Below the pieces are notes generated by a model. It did not search any database and was not told the origin of the DNA. It saw only the letters and a program-made list of their open reading frames with translations. The translations under genes were made by a program, and so were the position numbers. 57,339 bases of DNA from Chiloscyllium plagiosum (taxonomy: Eukaryota), in NCBI RefSeq assembly GCF_004010195.1, contig NC_057728.1:40953471-41010809 (forward strand). Reading direction: 5' to 3'. Every line of letters begins with the position of its first letter. Position 1 is the stretch's first letter. Positions 1 to 12,769 of this stretch are shown piece by piece.

Positions 1-257
1 AGAGGCCTGAGCTCCATTACTTACCCCTGGTAAGTCGTTCCCCCCCACAAGTATCCAAAACGGTATACTTGTTCTTGAGGGGAACGGCTGCAGGGGGTCC
101 CTGCACTGGCTGCTTCCTCCCAGTCCCCCTCACTGTCACCCATCTATCTGCCATCTTTGGAGTTACTACTTCCCTAAAGCTCCGATCTATGACCCCCTCT
201 GCCTCCCGAATGATCCTAAGTTCATCCAACTCCAGCTCCAGTTCCCTAACACGGGGA
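1..257 (-). mobile_element. CR1/HER1-type LINE, ORF1 fragment running off the window start
   Basis: Minus-strand ORF 17-229 (DELRIIREAEGVIDRSFREVVTP...WVTVR...VPLKNKYTVLDT) resembles the region of CR1 ORF1 upstream of the esterase domain. Confidence 0.8.
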
Positions 258-1107
258 TTTAATTCTGTGAAGATTTTTTAAAAAGTGGGCAAAAACTAAT
301 TTTGCACAATGAGTTCAAATATCATTTCAAAGAGCATTTGGATTAAGCTAAATGACTAGATATCTACATGACTTCATTAATGCAATGTTTACAAATTTGA
401 ACTTTTTATGAAAAATACATGTAGAGCCACGGATTTTACTTCAACAGTTACATACCAGCAAACGGGCAGTCTTATGGCATTCCAGTTTTCTGTGCTGGAA
501 AGAAGTCTTGGAGCTGTGAAGCAATTAAGTAGATGGGGATTTTTAATGTTCAATTAAGAAAGGTCAGTGAAGGAGCCAGTGTCTGTGTATCTCTGGGAGA
601 GGCAGTGTTGGAGGAAATCTTACCTGGCCAATGTATTGTACATAAAGTTATCTATCTTCTATGATTTACAATGCTGGCGTCAACTTAAAATTATTCTGAT
701 TCTTTCATCTGTTAATGTTAGTCTATTTTTCTTTATTGTAGCCCATGACCTGACACTTGTGTCTCAGTTGAAATGAGGCTCTAGGATATGTAATTCTGTT
801 ATCTGTTGATGATAAATTTCCAAACCAAATCGCCATGTGAGTTGAAACGTTTTAGGAGTCCATGGAATGATGTGACTAATTATTAGCATGAAGTACCAAC
901 TGAGGTGAAACACTGTCCCAGGACTAGTCAGAAAGTTATAGATTGCAGCACTATTCAGTGCACATCATCAAGGCTTGCACATCAGCACAGTAATGGGCAA
1001 TGTGCTTGGAAGTAGGAGAACGTGAGGACTGCAATGCTGGAGATCAGAGTTAAAATGTGTGGTGCTGGAAAAGCACAGCCGGTCAGGCAGTATCTGAGGA
1101 GCAAGAG

Positions 1108-1144
1108 ATTCGATGTTTCAAACATAAGCTCTTCATCAAGAATG
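1108..1144 (-). ncRNA. Degenerate minimal type I hammerhead ribozyme motif
   Basis: Minus strand reads attc-TTGATGA-A-gagc-ttat-gttt-GAAA-ca-TC-gaat. Stem I has 4 bp (attc/gaat); C3 is mutated. Confidence 0.55.
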
Positions 1145-1402
1145 TAGGGGGAGGCCCAAAGGTGCTGAGAGATAAATGGGAGGGGGTTTGGGACTGGGGG
1201 GAAGGTAGCTGGCAATGCACTAGGTAGACGAAGGTGGGGGGGGGGGGGGGGGGGGGGGCGGTGATGGTGATAGGTCCTGCATTTGACCTATCACCATCGC
1301 CCCCCACCACCTTCATCTACCTATCACATTCCCAGCCACCTTGCCACGTCTCCCCACCCCACTTCCCTCCCATTTATCTCTGTCCCCATGGGCCTCCTGC
1401 AC

Positions 1403-1438
1403 ATTCCTGATGAAGAGCTCATGCTCAAAACGTCGACT
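1403..1438 (+). ncRNA. Degenerate minimal type I hammerhead ribozyme motif
   Basis: attc-CTGATGA-A-gagc-tcat-gctc-AAAA-cg-TC-gact. Stem II GAGC/GCTC; G12 changed to A. Confidence 0.6.
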
Positions 1439-1554
1439 CTCTTGCTCCTCGGATGCTGCCTGACCGGCTGTGCTTTTCTCGCACCACAATGTTTGAATAT
1501 TCTTGGAAGTGCCAGTTTCTCATGAAATATTTATCTTGAACCCAGTCAGCTGCA

Positions 1555-1770
1555 TGTAAAAATTCATAGCATTATTGGAAGAACAGTCTCCTCCCAGAAC
1601 TCTGATCAACATTTGTTCCTCAACTAACATTAAAACAGATTATCAAGTTGTTTACCAACTGCTATACATATGACTGTGTACAAATCAGTTGGCATGTTTC
1701 ACAATCATACATTATATTTCTTTGGCTATGAAATACTCTGGGATGTATGTTGGTCATAACGTTCTAAGGA
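1555..1770 (+). mobile_element. Ancient Deu-domain SINE remnant (SacSINE1/AmnSINE1-like)
   Basis: cctcaactaacattaaaacagattatc...gtgtacaaatcagttggcatgtttc resembles the Deu domain and the copy at 15095-15410. Confidence 0.55.
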
Positions 1771-2499
1771 GGTCATTTCAGAGTTGTATGCCCTAATTCT
1801 CCTCTTGGGTGGTACATGGGTGTAGAGCCAGGGACGACAGTAGAGAGTACCATCAGGATTGAACAGACTGGGGTACAATGTGAGAAGAAACAACCTTTGG
1901 CTACTTGACACCAAACATGGGTTTTCAAAAGTAGGTTGTAGAAAGAAGGATGGGAAGGAGACCAAAAAGAATTGCTGGAAGAATAATAATAAACCTGTAC
2001 ATTAGAAACTATGCATGGACATGTCTGTAGAGCCCAGACGCTTAAAGAATAAATTTTGCACTTCCCATCCTTTGAAAATTTCAGAGTTCACCTTTTATGT
2101 ACTTCAATTTATTTCCCCTATATAATACATTTGTTGCAATATTAGTTATAGCTTCAGGTTCAGCTCTTGTCCCATCATAACTAATTCTTTTCATGTGTTA
2201 TTTGTATGACCCATAGAATTTCTGATTCCAAACAATAATTGAATTGCAAAATGTGATCCCAAGACACCAGAAAAGAAATGAAATCCAATTTAATAAAAAA
2301 AACTTTGAATTCAGCTACTGTAAAACTATAGGCCCTTTACTAAGTTTTTTTCAATTATATAATACTTGTTTTTGGATTTCAATTTTCTTTTAATGGGTGC
2401 TTTTGTCTTCTCTATTGCTGTTTTCCAGCATTATAGGTTAGCATCAATGTTCCCTAACTGCTACACATGGAGTTTTAACTAAGGTAGGAATTGTCGTAC

Positions 2500-2690
2500 A
2501 AGAGTAAAATACTGCAGGTGCTGAAATCAGGTAAAAGCTGAAAATGTTGGTAATACTCAGCAGAGCTGATGGCATAAATGGGGAAAGAAAAACATTGATG
2601 TTCCGGTCTGTGACCAATGGACCTAAAATTTTACCATTGTTTCTCCATGTGTATCAGCTGAATATTTTCAATGTATTCAGTTTTCAATTT
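2500..2690. mobile_element. Old, decayed Penelope-type terminal fold-back
   Basis: Left arm aaatactgcaggtgctgaaatc...aatactcagcag is the reverse complement of the tail type at 53900-53994. A degenerate forward arm follows. Confidence 0.5.
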
Positions 2691-4332
2691 CCCTCATTCT
2701 CTAAGAAAGTAATTTCTGCTATTGACGTGAGATGATTTGGCACATTTCTTAATTCAAGAGAACTCAAGTAATTGTTCATCAGACCAGTATGAGGAAGCTA
2801 TACTTTGTGACCAAAGTGTAAAGTTAATTAATTTGCAAAGTGTGCAAAATATTGGTATGAAAGCAATCCAACTTAATAAAAAACCATTGTCTCTCTTACA
2901 AAGGTGTTAGAGCATGAGAGTAAGTACCATTACCAACATGTTACTTTACATCCACTAGTCTGGTATTTTCTTCGGATATGTAGACTATGAAGATGAGATT
3001 TAAATTGCAGTATATGTGAAACCTTTCAGAACATCCGGGTTTGTGACCAATACATGTATTTTGTGATACATTGATTATTAAAAGTGCAGTTGAAGGTCAT
3101 TTGAAAAGTCCATGTACAAGCCACGTGTAATGCTTGCATGCTGGGATGACACACCTAGCTTTGAACACTCAGGCTGGACTGGAGCTTCTGTGCGCTCTCA
3201 TGCCAGTGCAGTCAGTGTGAATCCATTACAGACGACTGCTCTGCCACTGAATCTATGGCTTACTAATCATCTGAGGTTTACCGCAGATAAGCAACATGCT
3301 GATGCACTCAATATTTTGGAAGTTTCTAGAATGCATGAATGTAGCAACTACAGCTTTGATGCACTCACCTTATTTAGTGGGACCCTCAAGAAAAGATGTA
3401 CCCAAAGTTAAATGCTTCATAATGAAGTAAGTGCCCATACAAGGGTACAAGTAGAGTGTACCATTTGCATGCTGAAACCAAGGCATTGTTGGTTGGAAAG
3501 TGTGAGGACGCCCACTTTACAGCTTGGTAAAGGTAACCAAAAATACCTCCAAGTTGTATAATATTGATCTTCTCTTTGAAGAAAACAAACAAGAATGGGG
3601 TCAGACAAAGTCCCAAGGAGGTGGACACACAGCCTGATGTTAAAAGTTGCCATTTCACTAGCAAGGCAACGCTGGCATTGTCCAATGTAGATCAGTTTTA
3701 ATTGTTTGCACTGTCATAGCATTACATGTGGCACTGAGTACATGTCCTCTATTCATTGTTCTACTAAATATCATGCTTACTCCTAGTCTACATTTCATCC
3801 AACCTAAACCTCCTGCTATGGTAGTCTACATATTTGTAAGTTAGTTCCCCATAAAAAGTGGAACATAAATATGTAAAATCAAATAATTAATGCACATAAT
3901 TAGCTTACTCAATGTTTTTTGTCTAGCAGTATTTTATATCAGAGTTTTGTTTCATAGAATCTAGAATTCCACCTTGATGTTACAGTACAGGAAGTAACAA
4001 ATGAGCTTGTTCGTTACTGAATTTTTACGACTAGCTCTTGGGATTATGCTAATGATATTTCTTCGTGTAGGTTCTTTTAAACTTAATGGGCCATATCTGA
4101 AGTTGGAATGGTTCAGCCTACTCTCTTTCTATCTTGGCAGTAGTTACTTTCAGTGGTGTTTCATGGTTTCTCCTCTTCCCTGCCATTGAGTATGCCCATA
4201 GCATGACCTTGAATCTGCATAAAAGCACATCAGACATGGTAAGATGGGGATTGAAGTTCTGTACTGATACTATGGTATCTTGATGATGCTGTATCATGGT
4301 GGAAATGGACAGCTTAGATTCATGGGTGCAGA

Positions 4333-4700
4333 TCATAAGAAATAGCAGGAGGAGTAAGCTATTTGGCCAATCAAGCCTGTTCCACATTTTCCAAGCTGAT
4401 AATTAATCTGATTATGGACTGTTCTACAATTTCCTGCCTGTACTTATTAACTTTAGACTTCCTTGTAAACCAGATCCCTTTTTACTGCAACATGTTGCGG
4501 TTTCAGTCTCCATCTAACTAGTATCCTACTTATTTAATCTTCCCACCAAAATGGACACTCTCACACTTTGTTTTTGTCACATCTGCAATTTTTGTCCAAC
4601 CCTCTAACCTATCAGACTTTGCAGACTCTTTATATCTTCTTCACAACTTAGTTTCCGACCTATCTTTGTATCTGTCAGCTTGAATCTTTTCCAAAATTTG
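4333..4700 (-). mobile_element. Old CR1 LINE remnant (3' end plus internal pieces)
   Basis: cataagaaatagcaggaggagtaagctatttggcc is the reverse of a CR1-type 3' terminus that recurs at about 25220, 31930 and 33575. Confidence 0.55.
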
Positions 4701-4744
4701 AAGGAATTTTTGGAAGCATCTCCCATCTCTACTGTCAAATTTCA

Positions 4745-7480
4745 CACACCTTCCGATAGGAAGGAGCCCAGAACTGCACGCAATATTCCAAAAGTGGCCA
4801 AACCAATGTCTGTACAGCCGCAACATGACCTCCCAAAACTCGTATACTCAATGCTATGACCAATAATGGAAAGCATGCTAAACGCTTTCTTCACTATCCT
4901 ATCTACTTGAAACTCTACTTTCTAGGAGCTATGAACCTCCACTCCAAGGTCTCTTTGTTCAACAACACTCCCCAGGACCTTACTATTAAGTGTATCAGTC
5001 TTGCTCTGATTTGTTTTTCCAAAATGCAGCACCTCACATTTATCTAAATTAAACTCCACCTGCCACTCCTCACCCATTGATCCATCTGATCAAGATCCCA
5101 TTGTAATCTGAGGTAGCCTTCTTCGCTGTTCACTGCACCTTCACTTTTGGTGTCATCTGCAAACTTACTAACTATACCTCCTATGTTCATATTCAAATCA
5201 TTTTATAAATGATGAAAAATAATGGACCCAGCATTGATCATTGTGGCACACCACTGGTCACAGGCTTCCAGTCTGAAAAGCAACCCTGCACCACCATCCC
5301 CTGTCTTCTACCTTCAAGTCAGTTCTGTATCCAAATGGATAGTTCTCCCTGTATTCCATGAGATCTAACCTTGCTAACTAGTCTCCCATGGGGAACCTTG
5401 TTGAATGCCTTACTGAAGTCCATATAGACCATGTCTACCGCTCTGCCCTCATCAATCCTCTTTGTTACTTCTTCAGAAAACTCAATCAAGTTTATGAGAC
5501 ATGATTTCCCACACACAAAGCCATGCTGACTGTCCCAAATGTGTCCTTGCTTTTCCAAATACATGCAAGTCCTATCCCTCCGGATTCGCTCCAACAACTT
5601 GTCCACCACTGATGTCAGGCTCACTGGTCTATAGTTCCCTGGCTTTTCCTTACTACCTTTCTTAATTAGTAGCACCACATTAGCCGTCCTCTGGCACTTC
5701 AGCTGTCACATTCAATGATACAAATATCTCAGCAAGGGGCCCAGCATCACTTCCCCAGATTCCCACAGAGTCCTAGTGTACACTTTTATGTGTTTCAAGA
5801 CATCCAGCACCACCTCCTCTGTAATGTGGACATTTTTCAAGATGTCACCATATATTTCCCCACGTTCTATATCTTCCATGTCCTTCTCCACAGTAAACAT
5901 TTGATGCAAAATATTCATTTAGTATCTCCCCATCTCCTGCGGCTCCACACAAAGGCTGCTTTGCAGATCTTTGAGGGGCCCTATTGTCTCCCTAGTTACC
6001 CTTTTGTCCTTATTGTATTTATAAAAGCCCTTTGGATTCTCCTTAACCCTATTTGCTAAAGCCCTCATTTTTTTGCCCTCCTGATTTCCCCCTTAAGTGT
6101 ACTCCTACTGCCTTTATACTCTTCTAAGGATTCACTTGATCTATCCTATCTGTACCTTACGTATGCTTCCTTGCTTTTCTTAACCAAACCCTCAATTTCT
6201 CTAGTATCCAGCATTCCCTTCACCTACCAGCCTTTCCTTTCTGCCTAACAGGAATATACTTTCTCTGTTCTCTCGTTATCTCATTTTTGAAGCCGTCCCT
6301 TTATCTGCAAATATCCGCCCCCAGTCAGCTTTTGAAAATTCATGCCTAATACTGTCAAAATTAGCTTTCCTCCAATTTAGAACATGAACTTTTAGATCTA
6401 GTCTATCCTTTTCCATCACTATTTGAAAGCCAATGGAATTATGGTCACTGGCCCCAACGCGCTCCCCCACTGACACCTCAGTCACCTGCCCTGCCTTATT
6501 TCCCAAGAGTAAGTCAAGTTTTGCACCTTCTCCAGTAGGTACATCCACATTCTAAATCAGAAAATGTTCTTGTATGCACTTAAGAAATTCCTCTCCATCT
6601 AAACCCTTAACACTATGGCAGTCCCAGTCTATGTTTGGAAAGTTAAAAATCCACTATGATAAACACCCTATTATTCTTACAGATAACCGAAATCTCCTTA
6701 TACATTTGTTTCTCAACTTCCTGCTGACTATTAAGGGTTTATAATACAATCCCAATAAAATGATCATCCATTTACGATTTCTCAGTTCCACCCAACAAAC
6801 TTCTGTGGATGTATTCCCAGGAATATTCTCCCTGGGAGAATAAACGCCACTACCCCTCCTCTCTTGCCCCCCCCCCCGCCCCCCATTTCTGTCCTTCCTT
6901 TTGGCATTTGTATCCTGGAACATTAAGCTGCCAGTCCTGTCCATCCCTGAGCCATGTTTCTGTAAATACTATGATATCCCAGTCCCATATTCCTAACCAT
7001 ACCCTGAGTTCCTCTGCCTTCCCTGTTAGGCCTCTTGCATTGAAATAAATGCAGTTTAATTTATCAGTCTGACCTTATTCTCTGCTTTGATCCTTCCTGC
7101 CCTGACTGTTTGACTTGCTTCCTTTCCCAATGTACCAATCTCAGATTGATCTCTTTCCTCACTATTTCTCTGGGATCCCCCCCAAACTTACTACTTTAAA
7201 TCCAATTCAGGTGCACTTCTACACCAGAAGAGATTCCAATGATTTTTATAAGACTGTGAACCCTTCTTTCCTGCACCAGCTCCTCAGCCATGCATTCATC
7301 TGCTCTATCCTTGTATTTCTACCCTCATTAGCTCATAGCTCCAGCAGTAATACAGATATTACTACCCTCAAGGACCTCCTTTTTAAACTCCTGCCTAACT
7401 TTCTATATTCTCCCTTCAGAATCTCATCCTTTTTCCCTTCCTGTTCGTTGTACACATTGGAACTAATCACCTTCTGCTAT
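4745..7480 (-). mobile_element. CR1/HER1-type LINE: decayed ORF1 end plus ORF2 (APE endonuclease and RT), 3' part missing
   Basis: Minus-strand peptides LDLLLGN...SDHNSI (APE end), KKGSKEKPGNYRPVSLTS...SQHGF...MDFSKAFNKVPH (RT), KFADDTK near 5150, and EYCVQFW near 4775. Frameshifts and stops are present. Confidence 0.93.
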
Positions 7481-8465
7481 CTCCTCTCCTTGACATGTCC
7501 TGGCCCCACTGTTTTGAGCAGTTAAAGAATAAGAGTAAAATGCTCCACTTTCTCCTACTTCAGTCATGTGAAGTGATGCAGACTTGTTAAAAACTGCAAC
7601 CATAATCCATTTTGAAGTTTCACAAGGTGATAGAGCAACAAACATGGCCATTCTGTTTCTCAAAACATATTTTAAGCCTCTCTTAAAATGTAAAGCAAGC
7701 AGATAAGGCCATTTGGTCTAGCTGATTCACGTTGGTGATTATGTTTCGCAACAGCCTACTCCCACATCTCCAGTTCTAACTATATCAATGTTGTAAGCAT
7801 TCCTTTCCCATCGATGTACGTTTAGCTTCCCATTAAATGGACCTGACCCAAAAACATGAACGTTTATTGAGTAATTTTGTGGATCTATGATTTTTATAAA
7901 TGAGCTAACACATGTATGTTTTTCTTGAAAGATGAAAAGTATGACGTTCAGTCAGTGGCCATTGTAATTTTGAAAATAGGGCTGGCTTTATCTCATCAGG
8001 AATGTTAGATTTGAGGTGTTTGAGTTGTTTCAATATACCATACCAATTAACTTGACACGCATAAATGCTGGATTAGTTTTGCCTACTTTCGGCATGTAGA
8101 AGCTTTCTTGTCTGAATTGTCATCCTCCTCACTAATCCACCTCATTAATCTGCTTGAAGACTACTTCCAGTTCAGTCAATGCTGCAACCATCTGAGGAGG
8201 GAGATCCATTGATACAAATTTCTGATGACACTCCTTTGCATCTTATGCAACATGACCTATAGGATCCTCTCTGTAATGGAGCCAGACTTCCTCTCTATCA
8301 TGGTCATTTGTTTATCTTCCACGATCCAAGTTTAGTCATTTACTTAGTGGAACAGTTGTTCCCTTTTAAGATAAAGTGGCAGTGTTTCAATCCAGCACTG
8401 CACTGGATATCTTTCCCTTCTAACTACAACATTCCCTGCAGTTCAATATTCATACAGTTAGGAAT

Positions 8466-8790
8466 GGGCGGCATGGTGGCACAGTGGTTAGCACTGCTGC
8501 CTCACAGCGCCAGAGACCTGGGTTCAATTCCCGCCTCAGGCGACTCTCTGTGTGGAATTTGCGCATTCTCCCCGTGTCTGCGGGGGTTTCCTCCGGTGCT
8601 CTGGTTTCCTCCCACAATCCAAAAATGTGCAGGTTAGGTGAATTGGCCATTCTAAATTGCCTGTAGTGTTAGGTAAAGGGGTAAATGTAGGGGAATGGGT
8701 CTGGGTGGGTTGCGCTTCGGCAGGTCGGTGTGGACTTGTTGGGCCGAAGGGCCTATTTCCACACTGTAAGTAATCTAAAATCTAATCTAA
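8466..8790 (+). mobile_element. HE1-type V-SINE
   Basis: tRNA-derived head (tggcacagtggttagca...gggttcaattccc), V-domain core (ttctccccgtgtctgcg...ggtttcctcccaca), CR1-derived tail ending (TAATC)n. Confidence 0.92.
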
Positions 8791-9224
8791 AAAGAAAAAG
8801 TTAACCAGGAATGATATTTAATAGGCTCCAGATTCTGGCATTATTTCTTGATCTTTTCACCAATCTGTGTTTAGAAACATTTGTTAGCAACTTACACTTG
8901 CCAAGATTTTAGTCATCCCTTTGTCCATTTTGTCTGATTTATGTTTCTGTGAAGAACCTTGGAATATCTCTAATGATAAACGTGTTTTCTACACGCAAAC
9001 CATATGTTGACATGATCAATGTTATTTTCAATCTCTGGCAGTTTTTCTTTTATATTTGATTCTGATCACTGAGCTTTGATTACTCCATTACCCTTGTTAA
9101 TTATGTGCCAAAAATGGACCAATACTTTTTGAGGTAAATACTAGTAACAAAATATAAGAATAATCTCTTTTTTATTTGTCAGAAAATGATAAGTGAACAC
9201 AGAAGTGGACTCAGTATCAAAAGC

Positions 9225-9460
9225 CACTGACTTACCTCCTGAAGTGTAGCTGTTATTGTTTTGTCGATAAGCACAGAAACCAATTTGGTAAAATCCCACA
9301 AACAACAATGAGGTGAATGATCAGATTATCAATTGGTGTTGATTTAAGATGTTTTCCAGGATACCAGAAAAATGTCCTAAACTGTTTCTGGAAATAGTGT
9401 TGTTAGACCTTTTTATGTTGACCTGAGCAGGCAGATGATGTTGCAATTTGATGTCTCAAA
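9225..9460 (-). mobile_element. Ancient Deu-domain SINE remnant
   Basis: tgaagtgtagctgtt...aatcccacaaacaacaatgaggtgaatgatcagattatc is the reverse complement of the Deu-domain text at 15095-15410. Confidence 0.6.
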
Positions 9461-9849
9461 CATAAGTTAATGGACAGCTTTGTTAATTCATTGTGCCACA
9501 TAAGGGTTAATGCATAGCAAGTTTAAAGCTGCCTTTTCATCGTGCATTGAAGTTGACATCTGTCAAATTACGTCAATTTATGGCCAATGTAGTTTACTTT
9601 TTAGAAAAGAGAAAGTACTGTCATAAGAAATAAGTATTTCCTGCAGAATATTAACGATGTCAACTGTACATTTCTTTCAAACTTTAGAGTAAGGACAGAG
9701 CTAGGGTAATCCATTGAAAAGTTTGGAATAGATTCCAAAAGTCATTAAGTACCCAAGTTTGAATCATGGATATTAGTTTGAACGGAGCATTGAATGGATT
9801 GTTTAATACACTCATGGGATTTGATCATTGTTGGTATTTCAACATTTAT

Positions 9850-10158
9850 GATTAGATTAGATTCCCTACAGTGTAGAAATAGGCCCTTCGGCCCAACCAG
9901 TCCACACTGACCCTCTGAAGAGTAACACCCCCAGACCCATTTCCCTCTGACTAATGCACCTAACACTATGGGCAATTTAGCATGGCCAATTCACCTGACC
10001 TGCACATCTTTGGACTGTGGGAGGAAACCGGAGCAAGCCCACGCAGACATGGGGAGAATGTCTGTATGGAGTTTGTACAGTCGCCCAAGGTCTGGAATCG
10101 AACCTGGGACCCTGGTGCTGTGAGGCAGCAGTGCTAACCACTGAGCCACCGTGCCACC
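9850..10158 (-). mobile_element. HE1-type V-SINE
   Basis: Reverse complement of the head, core and (TAATC)n tail seen at 8466. Confidence 0.92.
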
Positions 10159-11472
10159 GTAATTAATTTCTGTTGAAAAGGTGGTAGAGTTGGTGTGTCT
10201 CTTCTTTAAACAATGTGGCCTTTCTGCTGTGGGTATATGAGCAGTGCTGTTCTTTTTAACTTTCAGAAATTTATTACTGAATCATGACTATCGTTTATCC
10301 TATTGTTCATTTATGTTTGTGGCTTTTAGACTTTGGTAGAATTGGGTTGCAAAATTCTCTGCAATATAGCTAAACACAGCACTCTACCGTAGAACAGCAT
10401 TTCAAAATTATTGTGTGGGAGAAAACTGGAAATTAATGTCTGGGAGGTTGGAGTTTAGACCTGATTCTTACTTGACCTTTAAGCTTTGTTTCTCGTCAGA
10501 CCTTGGTTCAGAGATTGGCAGAAGGAGATCAAGGAAACTTTTCATTGAAGGAAAATTTAGAGTTATCCACGTGATTAGAGGGGATACAGGCCACAGGAGG
10601 TAGTAATGATAGATTATCCACCCTGTAGAAAGTTCACAAGTATGCCTGATTATTTGCTGATACCAGTCCACAAATTAATCCATTTAATTTGAATCAAATT
10701 GAGCACAATACGATTTGGAATCATAATCTCTGGATTGCAGGTCCATTGCAATAACCCCAGGGCTACTACAGCTGAACTGGATAGTTGGCATTTCATTTAT
10801 ATTGATTGGATCTGCCTATTTAATGAAGCAATTAATTGCCATGCTTCCCATTATGGATAGCTGCTATAGTTACAGAGAGGCATTGGGAGCAGGTAGCCTG
10901 ACAGTAGAGAAATAATGCATCCACAGGAATGGAGGGGAGCTTAAAGACATGTGTTTTAAAAAGGTATTTCATTACTCATTCAGTTTTATGGAAAATGTCA
11001 ATATATCCTTTCTTTGATCGCATTTTTAGAATGAATTAGCTAAACTTTAAAATTCTTGGCTCAGCAGCTCTTTTTCTTTGCATTCAATTTCTTCGCTGTT
11101 CATATTAATTCCAACAGACATTGTACAATGGAATATGTTTGCAATGTCATGGTACCTCTACACTGTACTGAATCTGCTGGTTACGATAGGATAAGCGTTT
11201 GTATTCCAGCCACAGTCCTAGCTATTGTACAAGATCCTGTTCTTGTAACAGCAAGATTGAAAACTGCATATGGAAGTATTATTTATCACATTGTTCTCAT
11301 CCATTTCTCACTCTTTTTCTGTGTGTGTCGCCGTCTGCAACCCAACAATTTTCAAATTACTATTCTATATGTTGGTCGTATGGTTGGTCTGAATTTTAGT
11401 TGGTTTGCATAAATGCCACAAATTATGTAGGACAATCAGCAAGGAAAAGGCATAATTTGATTGAAATAAAAT

Positions 11473-12398
11473 CATCATAACCATTGGTGGTCACTTGCTG
11501 ACGAGGGTGACTCTCTCACACTCTTAGGATGAGTCCGTAGGTGGCTGTACAAACCAATATGGCTGCCGTAGATTCTGTTACACTTGTGGCAGAAGGTGGT
11601 CATGGTAAAGGGCGTGTGGAGCATTGGTGTGGCAGCGTGCTCCTTTCCCTTTTTGCATGGCTTCTATTTTTTTCCCGATGGCAAGTCTCAAGGTGCTAAC
11701 CATGTTCCTTGATGCTGCTCCTCCACTTTAGACGGTTTGGGACCAGTGATTTCCAGGTGTCTGTGGGAATGCTGCATTCCATCAGTGAGGTCTTGAGGGT
11801 ATCCCTGAAGAGTTTCCTCTGTCCACCTGGGGCTTGCTTGCTGTTTCGGAGCTGGGAGGAGAGCACCTGCTTGCAAAGTCTCATGCTGGTCATGTGGACG
11901 ACATGCCCAGCCCATTGGAGCCGATCAAGTGTGGTCAGTACCTCAATGCTGGGGATATTGGCCAGGTCAAGGACACTGGTGTTGGCGTGTCTTTCTTCCC
12001 AGCAGATTTATGGGATCTTGTGCAGGCAGGGTTAAGTAGTGCTGTTCCAGAGCCATATCGGAGGGCGAGAGCCATCACAACTCTGTAAATCACAATCTTG
12101 GTGTCGGATTTGATGTTGTTGTTCACGGATACCCTTTTCTTCAGGTGGCCAAAGGCTGCGCCAGTGCATTGGAGCCAATACTGGATCTCTTCATCAATAG
12201 CTGCTTTGGCAGACAAGACACCTCCGGCGTGCTGAAAATGGTCAATGTTCTGTAAGGCTTCCCTGTGGGCTTTAATGATTGGGGATTTGCTCCACAACGC
12301 CAGGCCAGGTTGAAGAAGGATGTTCAGGGTGAGACCATGCTCTCCTACCTCTCTCTGTAAAGGTCTTGATGATGGTCTGGAGTACATCCTCGGTGATT
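11473..12398 (-). mobile_element. RTE-clade LINE, 3' segment (RT end, C-terminal region, (ATG)n tail)
   Basis: Minus-strand peptides IDEEIQYWLQCTGAAFGHLKKRV...TKIVIYRVVMALALRYGS and RLCKQVL...GGQRKLFRDTLK are typical of the RTE ORF C-terminus. Confidence 0.88.
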
Positions 12399-12760
12399 AG
12401 AGTCATAGACTCGTAGAGATGTACAGCATGGAAGCAGATCCTTCGGTCCAACCCGTCCATGCCAACCAGATATCCCAATCCAATCTGGTCCCACCTGCCA
12501 GCACCTGGCCCATATCCCTCCAAACCCTTCCTATTCATATACCCATCCAAATGTCTCTTAAATGTTGCAATTGTACCAGACTCCACCACTTCCTCTGGCA
12601 GCTCATTCCATACACATACCATCCTCTGCGTGAAAAAGTTGCCCCTTAGGTCTCTTTTGTATCTTTCCCCTCTCACCCTAAACCTATGCCCTCTAGTTCT
12701 GGACTCCCCGACCCCAGGGAAAAGACTTTGCCTATTTACCCTATCTATGTCCCTCATAAA
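12399..12760 (-). mobile_element. CR1/HER1 LINE 3' fragment
   Basis: SRTRGHRF...NFFTQRMVCVWNELP, followed by the 3' UTR and a ctatgactct-type tail. Confidence 0.92.
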
Positions 12761-12769
12761 CCTGCAGCT

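Larger units (their letters stand above)
1014..1488. mobile_element. Penelope-like element terminal repeat in fold-back (inverted) arrangement
   Basis: 1014-1276 is the reverse complement of 1285-1488, with apex taggtc-ctgcattt-gaccta. Both arms match the terminal repeat that follows the GIY-YIG remnant at 20076-20835. Confidence 0.85.

Noticed and set aside
3112..3411. 99-aa ATG ORF in non-repeat DNA (similarly 32154-32429 and 29704-29922)
   Set aside because: No recognisable domain or convincing splice context; lengths are compatible with chance.
8466..8540. tRNA genes at SINE heads
   Set aside because: A and B boxes are present but continue into the SINE core and LINE-derived tail; no complete cloverleaf identified.
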